Positions 23,446 to 36,160 of a stretch of 64,000 nucleotides of DNA are shown here, piece after piece. The translations under genes and the position numbers were made by a program. The DNA is from Octopus sinensis (Eukaryota): contig NC_043005.1 in NCBI RefSeq assembly GCF_006345805.1, forward strand, positions 101,246,001 through 101,310,000, written 5' to 3'. The stretch's first letter is position 1. Each line of letters starts with the position of its first letter. A model generated the notes under the pieces. The model worked only from the letters and a program-made list of their open reading frames with translations. It ran no database searches and was not told the DNA's origin.

Positions 23446-24344
23446 TCAAATTCTTCACACTGTCCACAAATCTTGTAAGTTTCTATAATAAAAAGTTTGT
23501 GAAAATTCTTTTTTCGTTAATGATATAATATCCATCTTCCACAGTGACATCAACTTAGCATCCTTGGAACACAGTATTTCTGTTAATGTCATTTACAAGG
23601 TACACCGTTCCTTATTCAAGCATAACTACTTGACTTCCAGTCTTCTTTAGCAATGATAACATCCACCCAGTATCATCTATTGAGATTTAACAATACCACA
23701 GAAATTATCTTCCTTGTATATGGCAAAAATTGTTATTCAGCCACTTCTTCAAATCAATAGCATAAAATATTTCTTGCAAGTTTGAATTATACATACATTA
23801 TTTCCTGTCAATCACCATTACCTAATTACACAGGCTTGTAAGTATGTTTTCATATTAAAGGCAGTCAAATGAGACATCTAATGACCCCTACTTCATTTGC
23901 ACTTCTCTGATTGGCTACATTTCCTGCCATTGTTTCACTAACACTAATGAATCTTTTCTCTACCTATTTCCACCTGCCTCATGCTGTCTGGTTAAGAGGT
24001 AGTAATTCCCTAATATTCCCCTTTTAACATTAGCAATTATGATATTACTTGCTGCTGTTGCATCACCATGTGACCTACATAGTGGAACATCTACGCTACT
24101 TCTAGCCAAACACAAATAGCATACACCCTGTATTGCAGTATTGAACATTTATTTACTAAAGCGGAGAAAATGTAACTCAAGCTGGCAGTGTGAACCACTC
24201 AAACATCTTACTAGAAAGTATTTTCGTGTTTATATTCATTACATTGCATGGTGAGCAAAGTTAGTCTCTGGTTGATGTTGGAATTGGGAAGCCTCTGCAA
24301 CCGAACAGAAGCTGACGAATGGCCAGTAATCAGGTATATGATTA

Positions 24345-24858
24345 CCATAAATCCTTGAGTATAGTCCGCCCTTGAGTATAATACGCAGGGGATTGTTAGG
24401 GGGCTGTACCTCTGAAAAACCTAAACCTTGTGTATAATACACACCCCTTCTCTAACTTGAGTCAAGGAGGTCTATATAACGTCGTTGGTTTGTAAAAATG
24501 TATACGGTAACACCCTTTATTATTATTGTATATATAACATAATGCAAACATGTAGCTTTTTTGTGCATTTTACTTGCAGAAACTAAAGAAATAACAGTAA
24601 AAACTTTTAATAAAAATGTTGCTTACTGCAAGTTATAGATGATTATTTTATGACTTCATTGCTTTCAGGCTTAGCTTAAGGTATTTTCGCACCTGACATC
24701 ACAAAATGCATCTGAATAAACATTGCTGGGCAGCAAATAGAGACTCGGACATTACTTACAAAATAATTTTCATTTTTAACCTCATATATAGTACGCACTA
24801 GGGATTTTGACCTTTAAATTTTGGGTAAAAAATGTGGATTATACTCGAGGATTTATGG
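24345..24858. mobile_element. pogo/Tc2-type MITE
   Basis: TA-flanked TIRs CCATAAATCCTTGAGTATAGTCCGC / revcomp CCATAAATCCTCGAGTATAATCCAC. Confidence 0.8.
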
Positions 24859-24944
24859 TATTTAAATAGTAATAAAACAAAATTAGTTTCATCAAATGTA
24901 AATTTTTGAAGAAGTTGCAAGATGCTATGAAAATTTTATTGAGT

Positions 24945-25215
24945 GTGGTGAAAAGCCTGCTTCCCAACGACATGGTTCTGGGTTCAGTTCCACTGCATGG
25001 TACCTTGTGCAAGTGTCTTCTACTATAGCCTCGGGCTGACCAAAGCCTTGTGAGTGGATTTGGTAGACAGAAACTGAAAGAAGCCTATTGTGTATATATA
25101 TATATATATGTACAAAATTAAGAGGATTGACCACTAAATGACCACTGGTTTTAATTGTTTAAATATGCTAAGCCACTGGTTTTAATTGATAAACATCATT
25201 TTCAACCCTCATTAT

Positions 25216-25257
<42 letters not shown>

Positions 25258-25460
25258 TTGTGTGTATGTTTGTCTCCCCTTCATTGCTTGATAACCGATG
25301 TTGGTGTGTTTATATCCCCGTAACTTAGCAATTCAGCAAAAGAGACTGACAGAATAAGTACTTGGCTTACAAAGAATAAGTCCAGGGGTCAATGTTTTCG
25401 ACTAAAGGTGGTGCCCCAGCATGGCCACAGTCAAATGACAGAAGCAAATAAAAGACTAAA
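24945..25460 (+). mobile_element. SINE family B, split by an insertion in its internal (TA)n
   Basis: 5' half ends at ~25110 and the 3' half resumes at ~25250. The insert at 25111-25222 resembles 39319-39534. Confidence 0.82.
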
Positions 25461-26067
25461 AGAAAAGTAAATGAATGGAAATTGAAGCGGTGAGTGAGTG
25501 AAGTAACAAGACACTAAAAGAGACTGACTCTCCCCAGACACAATAAAATACCAGTGTGTTATTATTTACATAATCTGTAAAGCAACAAAGCTACAGAGCT
25601 GCAAACACACTTGGAGAAAACAATTGAAGGGGAAGAAAAGAATACCGTGAGCCTGTAATTAGGCCACTAAACTCCTTTTGTTCTATATTTCCAGCAACGT
25701 TGTACACCATGAATGCATGCAATACAATTAAAGAATAAAAGTTGCTGCTTTTTGTATGCTACCCACTCAGAGCAGATTATCTCACTCTGTAGGTATGGTA
25801 ACAAACATTACCATCATTGTTTCAATGTCCACTTTTCTATGCTCACACGGGTCAGGCAGAATTTGTTGGGGCAGATTTTTCACACCAGATACCCTCCCTG
25901 TTGCCGACCCTCACCTGTAATATTCCCCCAGGGCCAGACACATTTTCACAGAACATTGGAAATGAAAGACACTGCTTGCATGACAATGACATTTTTTTCC
26001 CAAACTATCAGGTGATGTCAAGGCAAAGAGATTAATCACATACAAACATACATAATTACATACATAA

Positions 26068-26126
<59 letters not shown>

Positions 26127-26274
26127 CATACATATATATATACATACATATACATACATACATAAACATACATATACATACATACATATACATACATACA
26201 TGTACATACATACATACATACATACATGCATACATATACATACATACATATACATACATATACATATATATATC

Positions 26275-26570
26275 ATGTGACCGTGACCGACCAGACTATC
26301 AGATGTTGCTACACATCGCTGGTTACAATGCGCTTCGCATTGTTTTAGCCTTCAAATGATGCTGGCTAAGTGAGCAGGCCAACAGAAGAAAGAGTGAGAG
26401 AAAATTGTGGTGAAAGAGTACAGCAGGGATCACCACCCCCTGCCGGAGCCTCGTGGAACTTTAGGTGTTTTCGTTCAATAAACACTCACAACGCCCACTC
26501 TGGGAGTCGAAACTGTGATCTTACGACCGCGAATCCTCTGCCCTAACCACTGGGCCATTGCGCCTCCGCA
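26275..26570 (-). mobile_element. tRNA-derived SINE, family C
   Basis: Minus-strand head GGAGGCGCAATGGCCCAGTGGTTAGGGCAG...GTTTCGACTCCC with A and B boxes, followed by a non-tRNA body. Confidence 0.75.
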
Positions 26571-26608
26571 AAAATATATATATATATATATATACATACA
26601 TATATATG

Positions 26609-26645
<37 letters not shown>

Positions 26646-27410
26646 TAAATGAAAGATGGAAGGTGGAATATACGAGAATTTATTATTAATCACGACAATT
26701 GTTTTGACACACCTAGCATCAATTCTTCTTGGGTTGGACACTCAGCAACTAGTTCAGGAGCATCCGATGGTGCAGATGTGTTTCAATGGTTGATAAACAG
26801 ACACAACTCCTTAAAATAAGTTCTGCAATGTATCTTCTCATTTCTTAGAATGAAAAGCAGCAAAACAAAGGAAATATCTTCATTTACAAAGGAGATTAAA
26901 AAACATCACAGATGCAAAAAAGAAATAAACACACACACACACATATGAGACCCTCCTTAGGGGTCGGTTAACCTGGGACTATATCAGAAGACCCTCTGCC
27001 CAGATGCCACACTGTAGGACTGAACCCATGTGGCAGGAAAGCTGACTTCATACCACACAGTTATGCCTGTGCCTATGACAACGAGGGTCCCAGCAGATAC
27101 GATCAAAGGAACGGCTTGCCCATGAAACTGATGTGGAAGTGGCTGAGCACTCCACAGACACATGTAACCTTAGTGTAGTTCTCAGGGAGATTCAGCATGA
27201 CACAGAGTGTGACAAGGCTGGTCTACATATGCCTATAAACAATACACAGATAATTCCAAATGCTAAGAGATACAAGACAGCAAGTATCCTATGATCCAAA
27301 CACAAAATAGTAAGCATTTATAAATTTTCCATTATCTTTTGGCTGGTGAAAATAAATTTTCAGTTTCACAAGTAAATGTCCTCTGTTATGTCAAATTTTA
27401 TTTCTTGCTC

Positions 27411-27440
<30 letters not shown>

Positions 27441-27441
<1 letters not shown>

Positions 27442-27865
27442 TCTTTTATTCTTTTATTTGTTTCAGTCATCTGACTGTGGCCATGCTGGAGCACCACCTT
27501 TAGTTGAACAAATCGACCCCAGGACTTATTCTTTGTAAGCCTGGTACTTATTCTATTGGCCTCTTTTGCTGAAAGAATAAAAGAATATATATATACAGAG
27601 AGCAAGAAATAAGTTATGGGGACATAAACACACCAACATCGATTGTCAAGAGATGGTGGGGGGAGCAAACAGACACACAAACACACACACGCGCATATAT
27701 GATGGGCTTCTTTCAGCTTCCATCTATCAAATTCACTCACATGGGTTTGGTCAGCCCAAGCCCATAGCAGAAGACACTTGCCCAAGGTGGCATGCAGTGG
27801 GACTGAACCCGGAACCATGTGGTTGGTAAGCAAGCTACTTACCACACAGCCACTCCTACGCCTAC
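27441..27865 (-). mobile_element. SINE family B with an internal templated insertion
   Basis: Family B sequence. 27572-27612 is an inverted copy of its own tail and flank. Confidence 0.9.
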
Positions 27866-27888
27866 ATATATGTGTATATATATGTGTA

Positions 27889-27941
<53 letters not shown>

Positions 27942-27951
27942 TATATATATA

Positions 27952-28042
27952 CTAGCTGAAGGTGACCCGCTCTATGCGCGGGTAAGAGTGTGGTATATAT
28001 ATATAAATGTATACAAATTATATATATATATATATATTATAT

Positions 28043-28088
<46 letters not shown>

Positions 28089-31000
28089 AAATACAGATAT
28101 ATGCACTTTGTATATATAAAAATTATTATATATACATATTTATATATAGATACACACACACATATATAAATTAACCCAATAAATATCTGATTCATAATAT
28201 TTGTTGTCATGATTGAGTGGTGGTTGTGGCGGTGATAATTCTCTCTATGAATGCAGACAGACGTAGAGAGTGAGAGTGTGTGAAAGCGCTGTGGAAGGCA
28301 GGGAGGGGGATAACGGACGCTGTGAAATGACGTTATAAAGAGAAAGTGAATGTAAGGGAGGTAGACGCTGTGAAACGACGTTATAGATAGAATGTGAAAG
28401 GAAGGGAGAAAAGTGAGTGAGTGATGGAGGAAGACAGATACATAAAAGAATGAGAGTGTTGGATGTTTTGTTTATTGGACCAATGTATTAAGGTAGTATT
28501 GTTTTATTGTTTTAAAACGAAAGAGGCAAAATGTTTGTATCAAAAATTAAAAAATCTGTTATAGTGAATGAAATTAGAATTCACACCCAGCTCAGTTTTG
28601 TAGAAAGAGTATCACGATGTGAACTCATGAGTTGGGAGTTTGACTGAGAGAGTTTATATGGTGACACATGCCAGTCCTTTCGACACCACCTAAACAATGG
28701 AATAGTGTATAAAATGTAATTAACAATTCATTCACTTTATGAATGTCTTATGTTAGCGAAGAAACAATAACTTGACAAAACCGTTTAATGGAGACGTAGA
28801 AGGAATCGGAAAATGAGGAATAAAGAAAATGAGTTGGATCAAATGTTTGCAAACATCTGAACCCAATGTTCTTTATGAACCATGTTCTTTTTAATGTCTT
28901 TATTTTCAAGAATGAAGAGATAATGAAGAGGTGCAAAATAAAAAATCAAGCAAAATTTCATGACTTACAATCAGTTTTCTTTTGTCAGAGCCTCCTGATA
29001 AACCACGTTCCTTGTGCGCTCATGATTGCCAAGAATGAAGAGTTTATGTGGATTTCCAACTCGAGAACAGGCTACGTACAATTGACCATGACTGAAAACT
29101 GGTTGTAACAGGTTAATGCCTACAATGTCCAGTGATTGTCCCTGTGACTTGTTGATTGTCATCGCGAAGCGTAGTTTTATTGGAAATTGAAAGCGTTTAA
29201 ACTGAATGGGAACATCAGAGGGTGAAATACTCATTTTATGTATCATTTTGATTGTTCCTACAAATGGTCCACTCAAAATTTCAGCAGTTATAACATGGCT
29301 TTGAATCCTCCTAATAACCATTCGGGTTCCATTGCATATTTCAGGCGTTTCCATATTTCTGAGCACCATGATTGGAGCACCAACTTTCAAACACAAATGA
29401 TGAGGTGGAAGTCCCGGAGGTGTTAGCTTGTTGAGTAGCTCGGGTGGATATTTGACTGCATCATTCTCATCTTTATTTGTATCGATGGACATGAAAGAAA
29501 CTATCTCACCAGGATTCATATCAAGTACTTGTTTATTTGTAGCATGAGCTGTTGTATTATGAGGCGATAGAATAGCTCTTGCTCTTAGCCAATCGAGATC
29601 CTGGAAGTTGGTTTCGACGTCAGGTAAAACGGCTCTTATAAGTTCTTCTACATTTGGAACGAAATTCCCAAAAGGCAACCGAATATGCTCATCATCAACG
29701 AAAGGCAAAACTCCATCACCAAGATCTAATAGGTGTTTTGCGAAAGCCTCAGACTCCATATCACCATGTAGGTGGACTCTCATGTTTGTTTGAAGATGGC
29801 GACTGATAACACTGTGCCACACAAAAGAATGCTTTATACATGCATTAATCCCATCGGCTCTAGTGCCTGCTCGGACAACAGGAAGAGTTTGTCGAAAATC
29901 TCCTGCCATGAGAAACGTAGCTCCACCCATTATTTTTGTATTGTGACGCAAATCTTGGAGAGTTCTGTCAAGAGCCTCGAACATGGCCTTATTACTCATT
30001 GTAGCCTCATCCCAAATAAAAAAACTGCATTCACGAAGAAGTCTTGCTCTTGAGGAACTACGATCTATATTACATATAGGATTATCTTTCTTTCCAATGT
30101 CCATGGGCAATTTGAATGCACTATGTGCCGTACGGCCGCCTTGAAGCAGTGTCGCTGCAATACCACTTGAGGCACATGCAATGGCAATTTGACGTTCAGC
30201 GCGCAGCTTTGCGAGAATTAAATTGATAACGAAAGTTTTACCAGTACCACCTGGAGCATTCAAAAAGAAAAGCTTTCCTTGGTTCAATCTAACGCTGTCA
30301 ATAATTTCATTATAAATCTCTCTTTGTTCAGGCAAAAGTCTTGGTTCATCTCGCGTAATTGTTTCTGTCAATTCGGCAATGTTGTAGTTTTTTTCTGACA
30401 TGTATTCAACATCCAAAGGCGCTTCATGATGGACAGGTGTTGGCAGATGGAATTCACTTAAACCGCGTATAACATAGCGTCTGATGTGTCTGTCCATGTC
30501 GATTAATGCCTCATTATAAACATCGTCGTTGCCATCACGTAGCGCTAAATTAGCCTGTATGTCCTTTGATAAGCTCTGTCTGAACGATTCCCAAAGGTTA
30601 AGAGGGTTGCTGGGATTACAGTGGATTAATATGCTACAAAACAATCGACGCATTTGCCATGGCAGTTTACAATTTGAGGCCTCTGCTAATGTCCTGTGTA
30701 AGTGGTCGTCATGGAGAAGAAGTCTGCGCCTCAAACATGCTTCCCTGTAAGTTGCGCAGATGATACCATCAACTGTGCGAAGATCAGCAAAAGACTTCGG
30801 TCCAGTAACTACATGAAGAAGTAGCATTCTCAAAAAGATTTCCTGTTTGGTAGGATGAATATTATACACACGCCCAATGACGTTCTTCCTAGAAACACCG
30901 GGCCAATTGTCAAGTTCTGTTCCGTGTGATCTGCGCTTCCAATTATTGTTGTTGTATGTGTAATATTCCGGTACTTCAGGGTAAATGAGAGTAGCAGCAA

Positions 31001-32209
31001 ACTCATCAACTGAACACAATTTAAAAAACGCTGTAAGCGTAGTCCCTTTTGGATTTTCAATGACTTGACGTGCATTTTTCTCTGTGAAGTAAACCGGCTG
31101 TCTCTTCTGTAAATGAACATTCAGGTAGAAAACTGATGGTGAGCTTAGATGAATCTCGTATCCAAAAATGCACCACGCTGCATAATTGGAGGATACATAC
31201 CTACCGAAAACGAATTGTTTAATTTCGTCATGTGTAAGGTCTTCATCACTGAACACAAACACGGCCATATCATCGCAGAGGTATTGTATGCATCTCACCG
31301 AACTGCAGTACTCAACATTAATGTGTGTATTAAATGTTTTGGAAAGCAAAGGGTTGAATGGAACGATCCAGGCATTATCAATATCGAATGTTTTTAGCCG
31401 CTGTCTAATTGTAGCTGTGCGGCCACCCAAACCTGGGTCACATATATGAAAGAGAAGACGGGAAAATGAAATATTTTGCAATGTAAACATGATTTGTTTT
31501 AAGAGAAAGATTGTCATGATTGTGTGATGGTGGTGGCGATGATAATTATCATTAGGAAAAACATAAGTTGTGGCGATGATAATTCTAGACCCCTTTTCAC
31601 ATTTTGATGAAGAGAACCCGATTTCATTCGGGTCAACTGGGGCCACATATAGGTGTGTGTGTGTGTGTGCGCGCGCACGCTGTAGAAATTAAATTAGAGA
31701 TCAAACCACTAATAGGGAAATGAAACAGTAAAAAAACAAAAACATAAAAATAAAAATATAATATTAGATATATGTATATATGTGTGTGTGTGTATGTGTG
31801 TGTTGACAGGTAGACAATAGAATGGGATGGCGATGTAATATTTGTTACTGTCTCTGAACGCTGATAGATACATGAGTAAAATGTATGGGAAGCTAAGAGA
31901 TAAGAGTGAGTGAAAATGTTCTTGGAAGAGAGGAAACAGAGAGAGAGTGATTTGAGGAAGACTTTACATTAAATAACCGTAGTGGCATTGTCATTGAAGA
32001 GGAGTGAGAGAGTACTGGAGGAAATAGGGTGAGTGAGGAAGATGGCCCCTAGCAACCACACCTTTTAAGATAGGATTTCTAAGGTAGCCCACGCGCATCG
32101 TCACCTCATTCTACATGTCCCTGTAAATTTTGGAGCAAATCGGACGGGATGTAGTGGCATTGAAAGCGAACCAAGCGGTAAAAACGCATTTCAGTTTTAT
32201 ATATAGAGA
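27952..32209 (-). mobile_element. Helitron, internal-deletion derivative with intact termini
   Basis: 5' TC (TCTCTATATATAAAA) at 32209. 3' hairpin ACCCGC-N7-GCGGGT (27965-83) followed by CTAG at 27952-55. A|T insertion site. Confidence 0.92.
28971..31517 (-). CDS. Helitron RepHel C-terminal part: Pif1-family helicase, Rep truncated (848 aa from the first in-frame Met)
   Basis: APGGTGKTF, IWDEATM, GDFRQTLPV, CNGTR, FAMTINKSQGQSL and HGQLYVACSRV, with no internal stop. The HUH motif is absent and the KYxxKG motif is deleted. Confidence 0.88.
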   Translation of the reverse strand: MTIFLLKQIMFTLQNISFSRLLFHICDPGLGGRTATIRQRLKTFDIDNAWIVPFNPLLSKTFNTHINVEYCSSVRCIQYLCDDMAVFVFSDEDLTHDEIKQFVFGRYVSSNYAAWCIFGYEIHLSSPSVFYLNVHLQKRQPVYFTEKNARQVIENPKGTTLTAFFKLCSVDEFAATLIYPEVPEYYTYNNNNWKRRSHGTELDNWPGVSRKNVIGRVYNIHPTKQEIFLRMLLLHVVTGPKSFADLRTVDGIICATYREACLRRRLLLHDDHLHRTLAEASNCKLPWQMRRLFCSILIHCNPSNPLNLWESFRQSLSKDIQANLALRDGNDDVYNEALIDMDRHIRRYVIRGLSEFHLPTPVHHEAPLDVEYMSEKNYNIAELTETITRDEPRLLPEQREIYNEIIDSVRLNQGKLFFLNAPGGTGKTFVINLILAKLRAERQIAIACASSGIAATLLQGGRTAHSAFKLPMDIGKKDNPICNIDRSSSRARLLRECSFFIWDEATMSNKAMFEALDRTLQDLRHNTKIMGGATFLMAGDFRQTLPVVRAGTRADGINACIKHSFVWHSVISRHLQTNMRVHLHGDMESEAFAKHLLDLGDGVLPFVDDEHIRLPFGNFVPNVEELIRAVLPDVETNFQDLDWLRARAILSPHNTTAHATNKQVLDMNPGEIVSFMSIDTNKDENDAVKYPPELLNKLTPPGLPPHHLCLKVGAPIMVLRNMETPEICNGTRMVIRRIQSHVITAEILSGPFVGTIKMIHKMSISPSDVPIQFKRFQFPIKLRFAMTINKSQGQSLDIVGINLLQPVFSHGQLYVACSRVGNPHKLFILGNHERTRNVVYQEALTKEN

Positions 32210-32224
32210 TATATATATTTATCT

Positions 32225-32400
32225 TTTGCTAAAATGGTAAGACAACAAAAGAAGGAAAGAGACCTCAATATCACGTAAATAGAGGAATTTATCTGTAAAT
32301 GTAATATGAGACACAAAACTCTGAGTTTTATCATGGTTACTGAATAATTGTCTCATATTACATTTACAGATATATATCATTTGCTGTAGAAATTGAACGT
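32225..32400. mobile_element. Rearranged copy of the 11431-11650 PLE-like unit
   Basis: Shares AAGACAACAAAAGAAGGAAAG and AAACTC(T/G)GAGTTTTATC. Perfect 23-bp inverted repeat at 32291-32313 / 32349-32371. Confidence 0.7.
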
Positions 32401-33370
32401 GTGTCTTTTGGCTCTGTGTCAGTAGTCCTTAGACTTAACTTTGTAGATACTAGACATTTTTTTTTTATCATGTTTGTACAGTAAGAAATGTTTGAAAACA
32501 TTAACACAGCAAACATCGATAACAGAAATCATATAAAACAAAATTCTTTAGTGTAGACCAGAGATTTCTCATATTGGTCTCCGGTTTAGTCATTACAAGT
32601 ATACTGTGGAGACTTGTGGGTTGTTCATTCAAAAACAATAGATGAAAATTAAAATAACTCAGGTAAACCCCACCCAGCAAACCGGATTTTTCATATCTCT
32701 CACAAAAAAAAAAAAAATACAAATGACCAAAAAAAAAAAACCGTAACTATCATCAGAAATTTTATAACATGCAGGTTTGTCCTCCCCAGAAAAGATAAAA
32801 CAATTTCCTCCATTAAATGATAATGTACAAACATCTTCATAAAGATATCAAACTGGGAACCAAGTGAAATACTTCAGATATTGTCCATTAGTGCAAGTTA
32901 TTGCACATAAAAGGCATGGTATAAATGTGCAGATAAAAGATTTATTTTCCTCATGAAGATGAAGTGGTTGCAACAAAATCTATATCCTCGTGGATACGTA
33001 TGTATATAGACGTATAAACGACAGATGGAATGGCGGACAGAGACAGAAAAGAAGGAACCTTTTGTGAAAGAGAAAATGATTTCAACTTTCTCTATTGTTC
33101 TTTTATTATCACTACATTTTCAAAGACAATTCCATAAGTAATTTACTTTGAAGTCAACCAGATTATTCATCTATGCATATATATATAAATATAGTAAAAA
33201 CTATGTGTGCATGTGTGCACAGGTCTGCAAAGACACACAGACACACACACATATATATATATATATATTATATATATACACATACATATATATACACATA
33301 TATACATATACACATATTCATATATATATATATGTATGTATATATATATATATAATATATATATATATAT

Positions 33371-33406
<36 letters not shown>

Positions 33407-33451
33407 TACATACATATACACATATATACATATACACATATACACATATTC

Positions 33452-33526
<75 letters not shown>

Positions 33527-34820
33527 GCATGTAGGTTTTGCTTGGAAACAAATTAATAGTAATTAATAACATTTTCTGGACAAGTTCCAGAACCAGTAAA
33601 ATGGCATTTCTCTTTGATTTAAAGTTTCGCAAAGTTAGAAAATATAAAAGTCTGGTGAAATCCTAACAAAGTAAACCAGAGGCAAACTATTAATGCCAGT
33701 TGAGTTTGGATTAGTGACAAAGGCAAACAGAAAATGCGACTACAGATAAAAGCTAATGTTAGGAACATGTAAATTACTGTAAAATGGTTCATGTTTCTGC
33801 CATCTTCATTGTAGGTTTCTCTAACTAAATACAATAGCTTTTTAGGGTTTTCTTTGATGCTTCAAATTATGCTATAGATATTGCTTAGCAGAATAATACA
33901 GTAATGTACCGATGGAACATTTCACTCATATATTAGAACAAAAATATTTCAATATTAGAATTTGGGAATTTCTTTTAAAGGTGTTATCTTTTTCTAAGAC
34001 TGCATGGACCCTGGTTGAATCAAGCTTAACACAAATTAGATTTTAATAACTTTAGATAATTTAAATCTAAGTCAAGAATATAGCAACTCTTTGTTTGTGA
34101 CATGAATGTGTGGATTTATTTATTTATTTTCATAGTTTATAATTTCAAATGTATTTATCACTGGGCAATATTCACAGAATTAGAGTCAGTTAGCAGCATT
34201 GTAAAGAGTGGTTAGTTACAATATTTACTAGTGGACAAAATCTAGCCCTGCTGACAATCCAATGCCTCTGGTAAGGTTTGAACAAATAACAAGCTACTTC
34301 TCTCTAGAGACCAACAAGAAACCTCTAAATGGTTGCTTAATCTACAGAGATAGCGAACAAATTCTGTTAAATCAGACTCAATGGTTTTAAAAGAGAAAAG
34401 ACACATTAGATAATGCAGTTCCAAATACAGAAAAGTATGGTATGTTTACAACTTGAAGACCCTCAATCATAGGTCTGTTTAATGAAGGATGACATGAGGC
34501 ATGAAGACACTACATCACTGATGGTAGTCTTGCATCCATTGAAATGGTTAATAAATGTTTCCAAGTTGCAGAGAGTAGGCAATTTTGCTCAAATTATTGT
34601 AAGGTATGCTCTTTGTCACAACACCTTTTGCACACCTGTCACTAAATTATTCTATTAATTTATCATATCAGTTTTAGATCTAAATGAAGATAGACATGTA
34701 TTATGGTGTCTCTTGCAGCCAGTAAGAATTTTTTTTAAATGTGATAAGGAATTATTTGCAAAATGGAATGGCTTAAGCTCTGATATATTATATTATGAAA
34801 ATTTGTATTATCTCTCTCTC

Positions 34821-35020
34821 TCTATTTATATATATATAAAAACAAAGGATGTGTGTGTGTGTGTTTCTTTGAGTGTGTTTGTGTGTGGGGGGTCTGTGTG
34901 TGCCTGTATGTGTAGTACATATGCATTTCTACAGTTCTCAACCGATTTTCACCAAACTTTACACACACATTACTTATGTGCCAATGATGGTAATACACTA
35001 TAACATTTTGTCCAGAGCAG
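34821..35020 (+). mobile_element. Probable non-autonomous Helitron 5' fragment
   Basis: TCTATTTATATATATATAAAA followed by (GT)n and CAACCGATTTTCACCAAACTT. No matching 3' end found. Confidence 0.45.
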
Positions 35021-35872
35021 GCATGTAAAGTGAGAAAGCAGAATAAAAATGTGTTTTACACATGTTTTTCTCTAAAACTTCTGCAATTTTCAACTGATTC
35101 TCCCCTTTCTCCTATCTGTTCATTGCTCACTTCACTCTCTTTTTTTCATTCCATGTTTCTCTTGCTTACACACATTCTCTCTCACCCTCTGCAATAGTTA
35201 CTCTCTTTTAGTCAATATCTGTTTCTTTCACTCTCCCTCTTTCTCTCCCTCTCACTCTCTTTAACTCACTCACACACTAACTTCTGTCTACAAATTGATT
35301 CAGTGTATTTTAATTAGTTGTGCGTAAAACTCTCTGTTGTTATGGTTTTTGTACATTCTCCCTGAAAAATAATTTAGTTATTTTTAATTTTTGCTCATCC
35401 AGTGTGCTTAAATTCAGTTTTGCCATATCTGCCTAAAAATTGAGTCGAGTGTATTTCAATTTTGCCATGCGTAGATATTCTTGTCTTTACAGCATCTGTA
35501 CTTTCTCCCTACAACAGTACTTTACTTATTTAAAAATTTTTGCAATCAGTCTATTTAAATACACTATTTACATTTCTCCCTGTATCGAAAAATGTTGTTC
35601 CTGCAGTTGTGCACGCACATGCATGACTGCTATGGGCCACATACAGCTGATAAGTCTTTATTATTAACCAATGAGATTTCAACCATGCCAACTGAGTGGC
35701 ACTGTACAAAGCTATCCTAAAGTGGCTCAAGTTTTTTCACTCAAGCTATTTTCTTCCAGAGCTTTATACGCTCAAATGGGGTTTGTAAGTTTTATCTACA
35801 AATTGACTTCTTTTTGAATATATGTGTGTATTCATATATATATATATATATAAAATACACATACACACACAC

Positions 35873-35926
<54 letters not shown>

Positions 35927-36160
35927 GTGTAAATATATGTGAGGTTCAAATCGGATATGCAATGTGTCTTTTCAAAACATTTTCTGGATTTAAAAGTGAC
36001 ATCAAATGCCACGATGGATCTAAGATGTATTCTGTATAAGGACTAGTCAACCACTTAATGTGTATATATGTGTGTGAGTGTGTGTGCGTGTGTGTGTGTA
36101 TATGTATAAATATATATTTATGTATATATATGTATGTATATATATATATATATATATATA

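Noticed and set aside
26480-26570. tRNA genes at SINE heads (also 111, 10990 and others)
   Set aside because: A and B boxes are present, but there is no complete cloverleaf and each runs into a SINE body.
31616-31633. Internal hairpin ACCCGA/TCGGGT as a second Helitron 3' end
   Set aside because: No CTAG/CTRR at the expected distance on either strand (CTGG at best).
33619-33834. Hydrophobic 71-aa ORF resembling a membrane-protein terminal exon
   Set aside because: No recognisable family and a weak acceptor. T-rich strands give hydrophobic peptides by chance.
35760-35784. RALYAQMGF as a GNAT acetyltransferase motif
   Set aside because: A nine-residue match in one of three open frames with no other GNAT motifs nearby.
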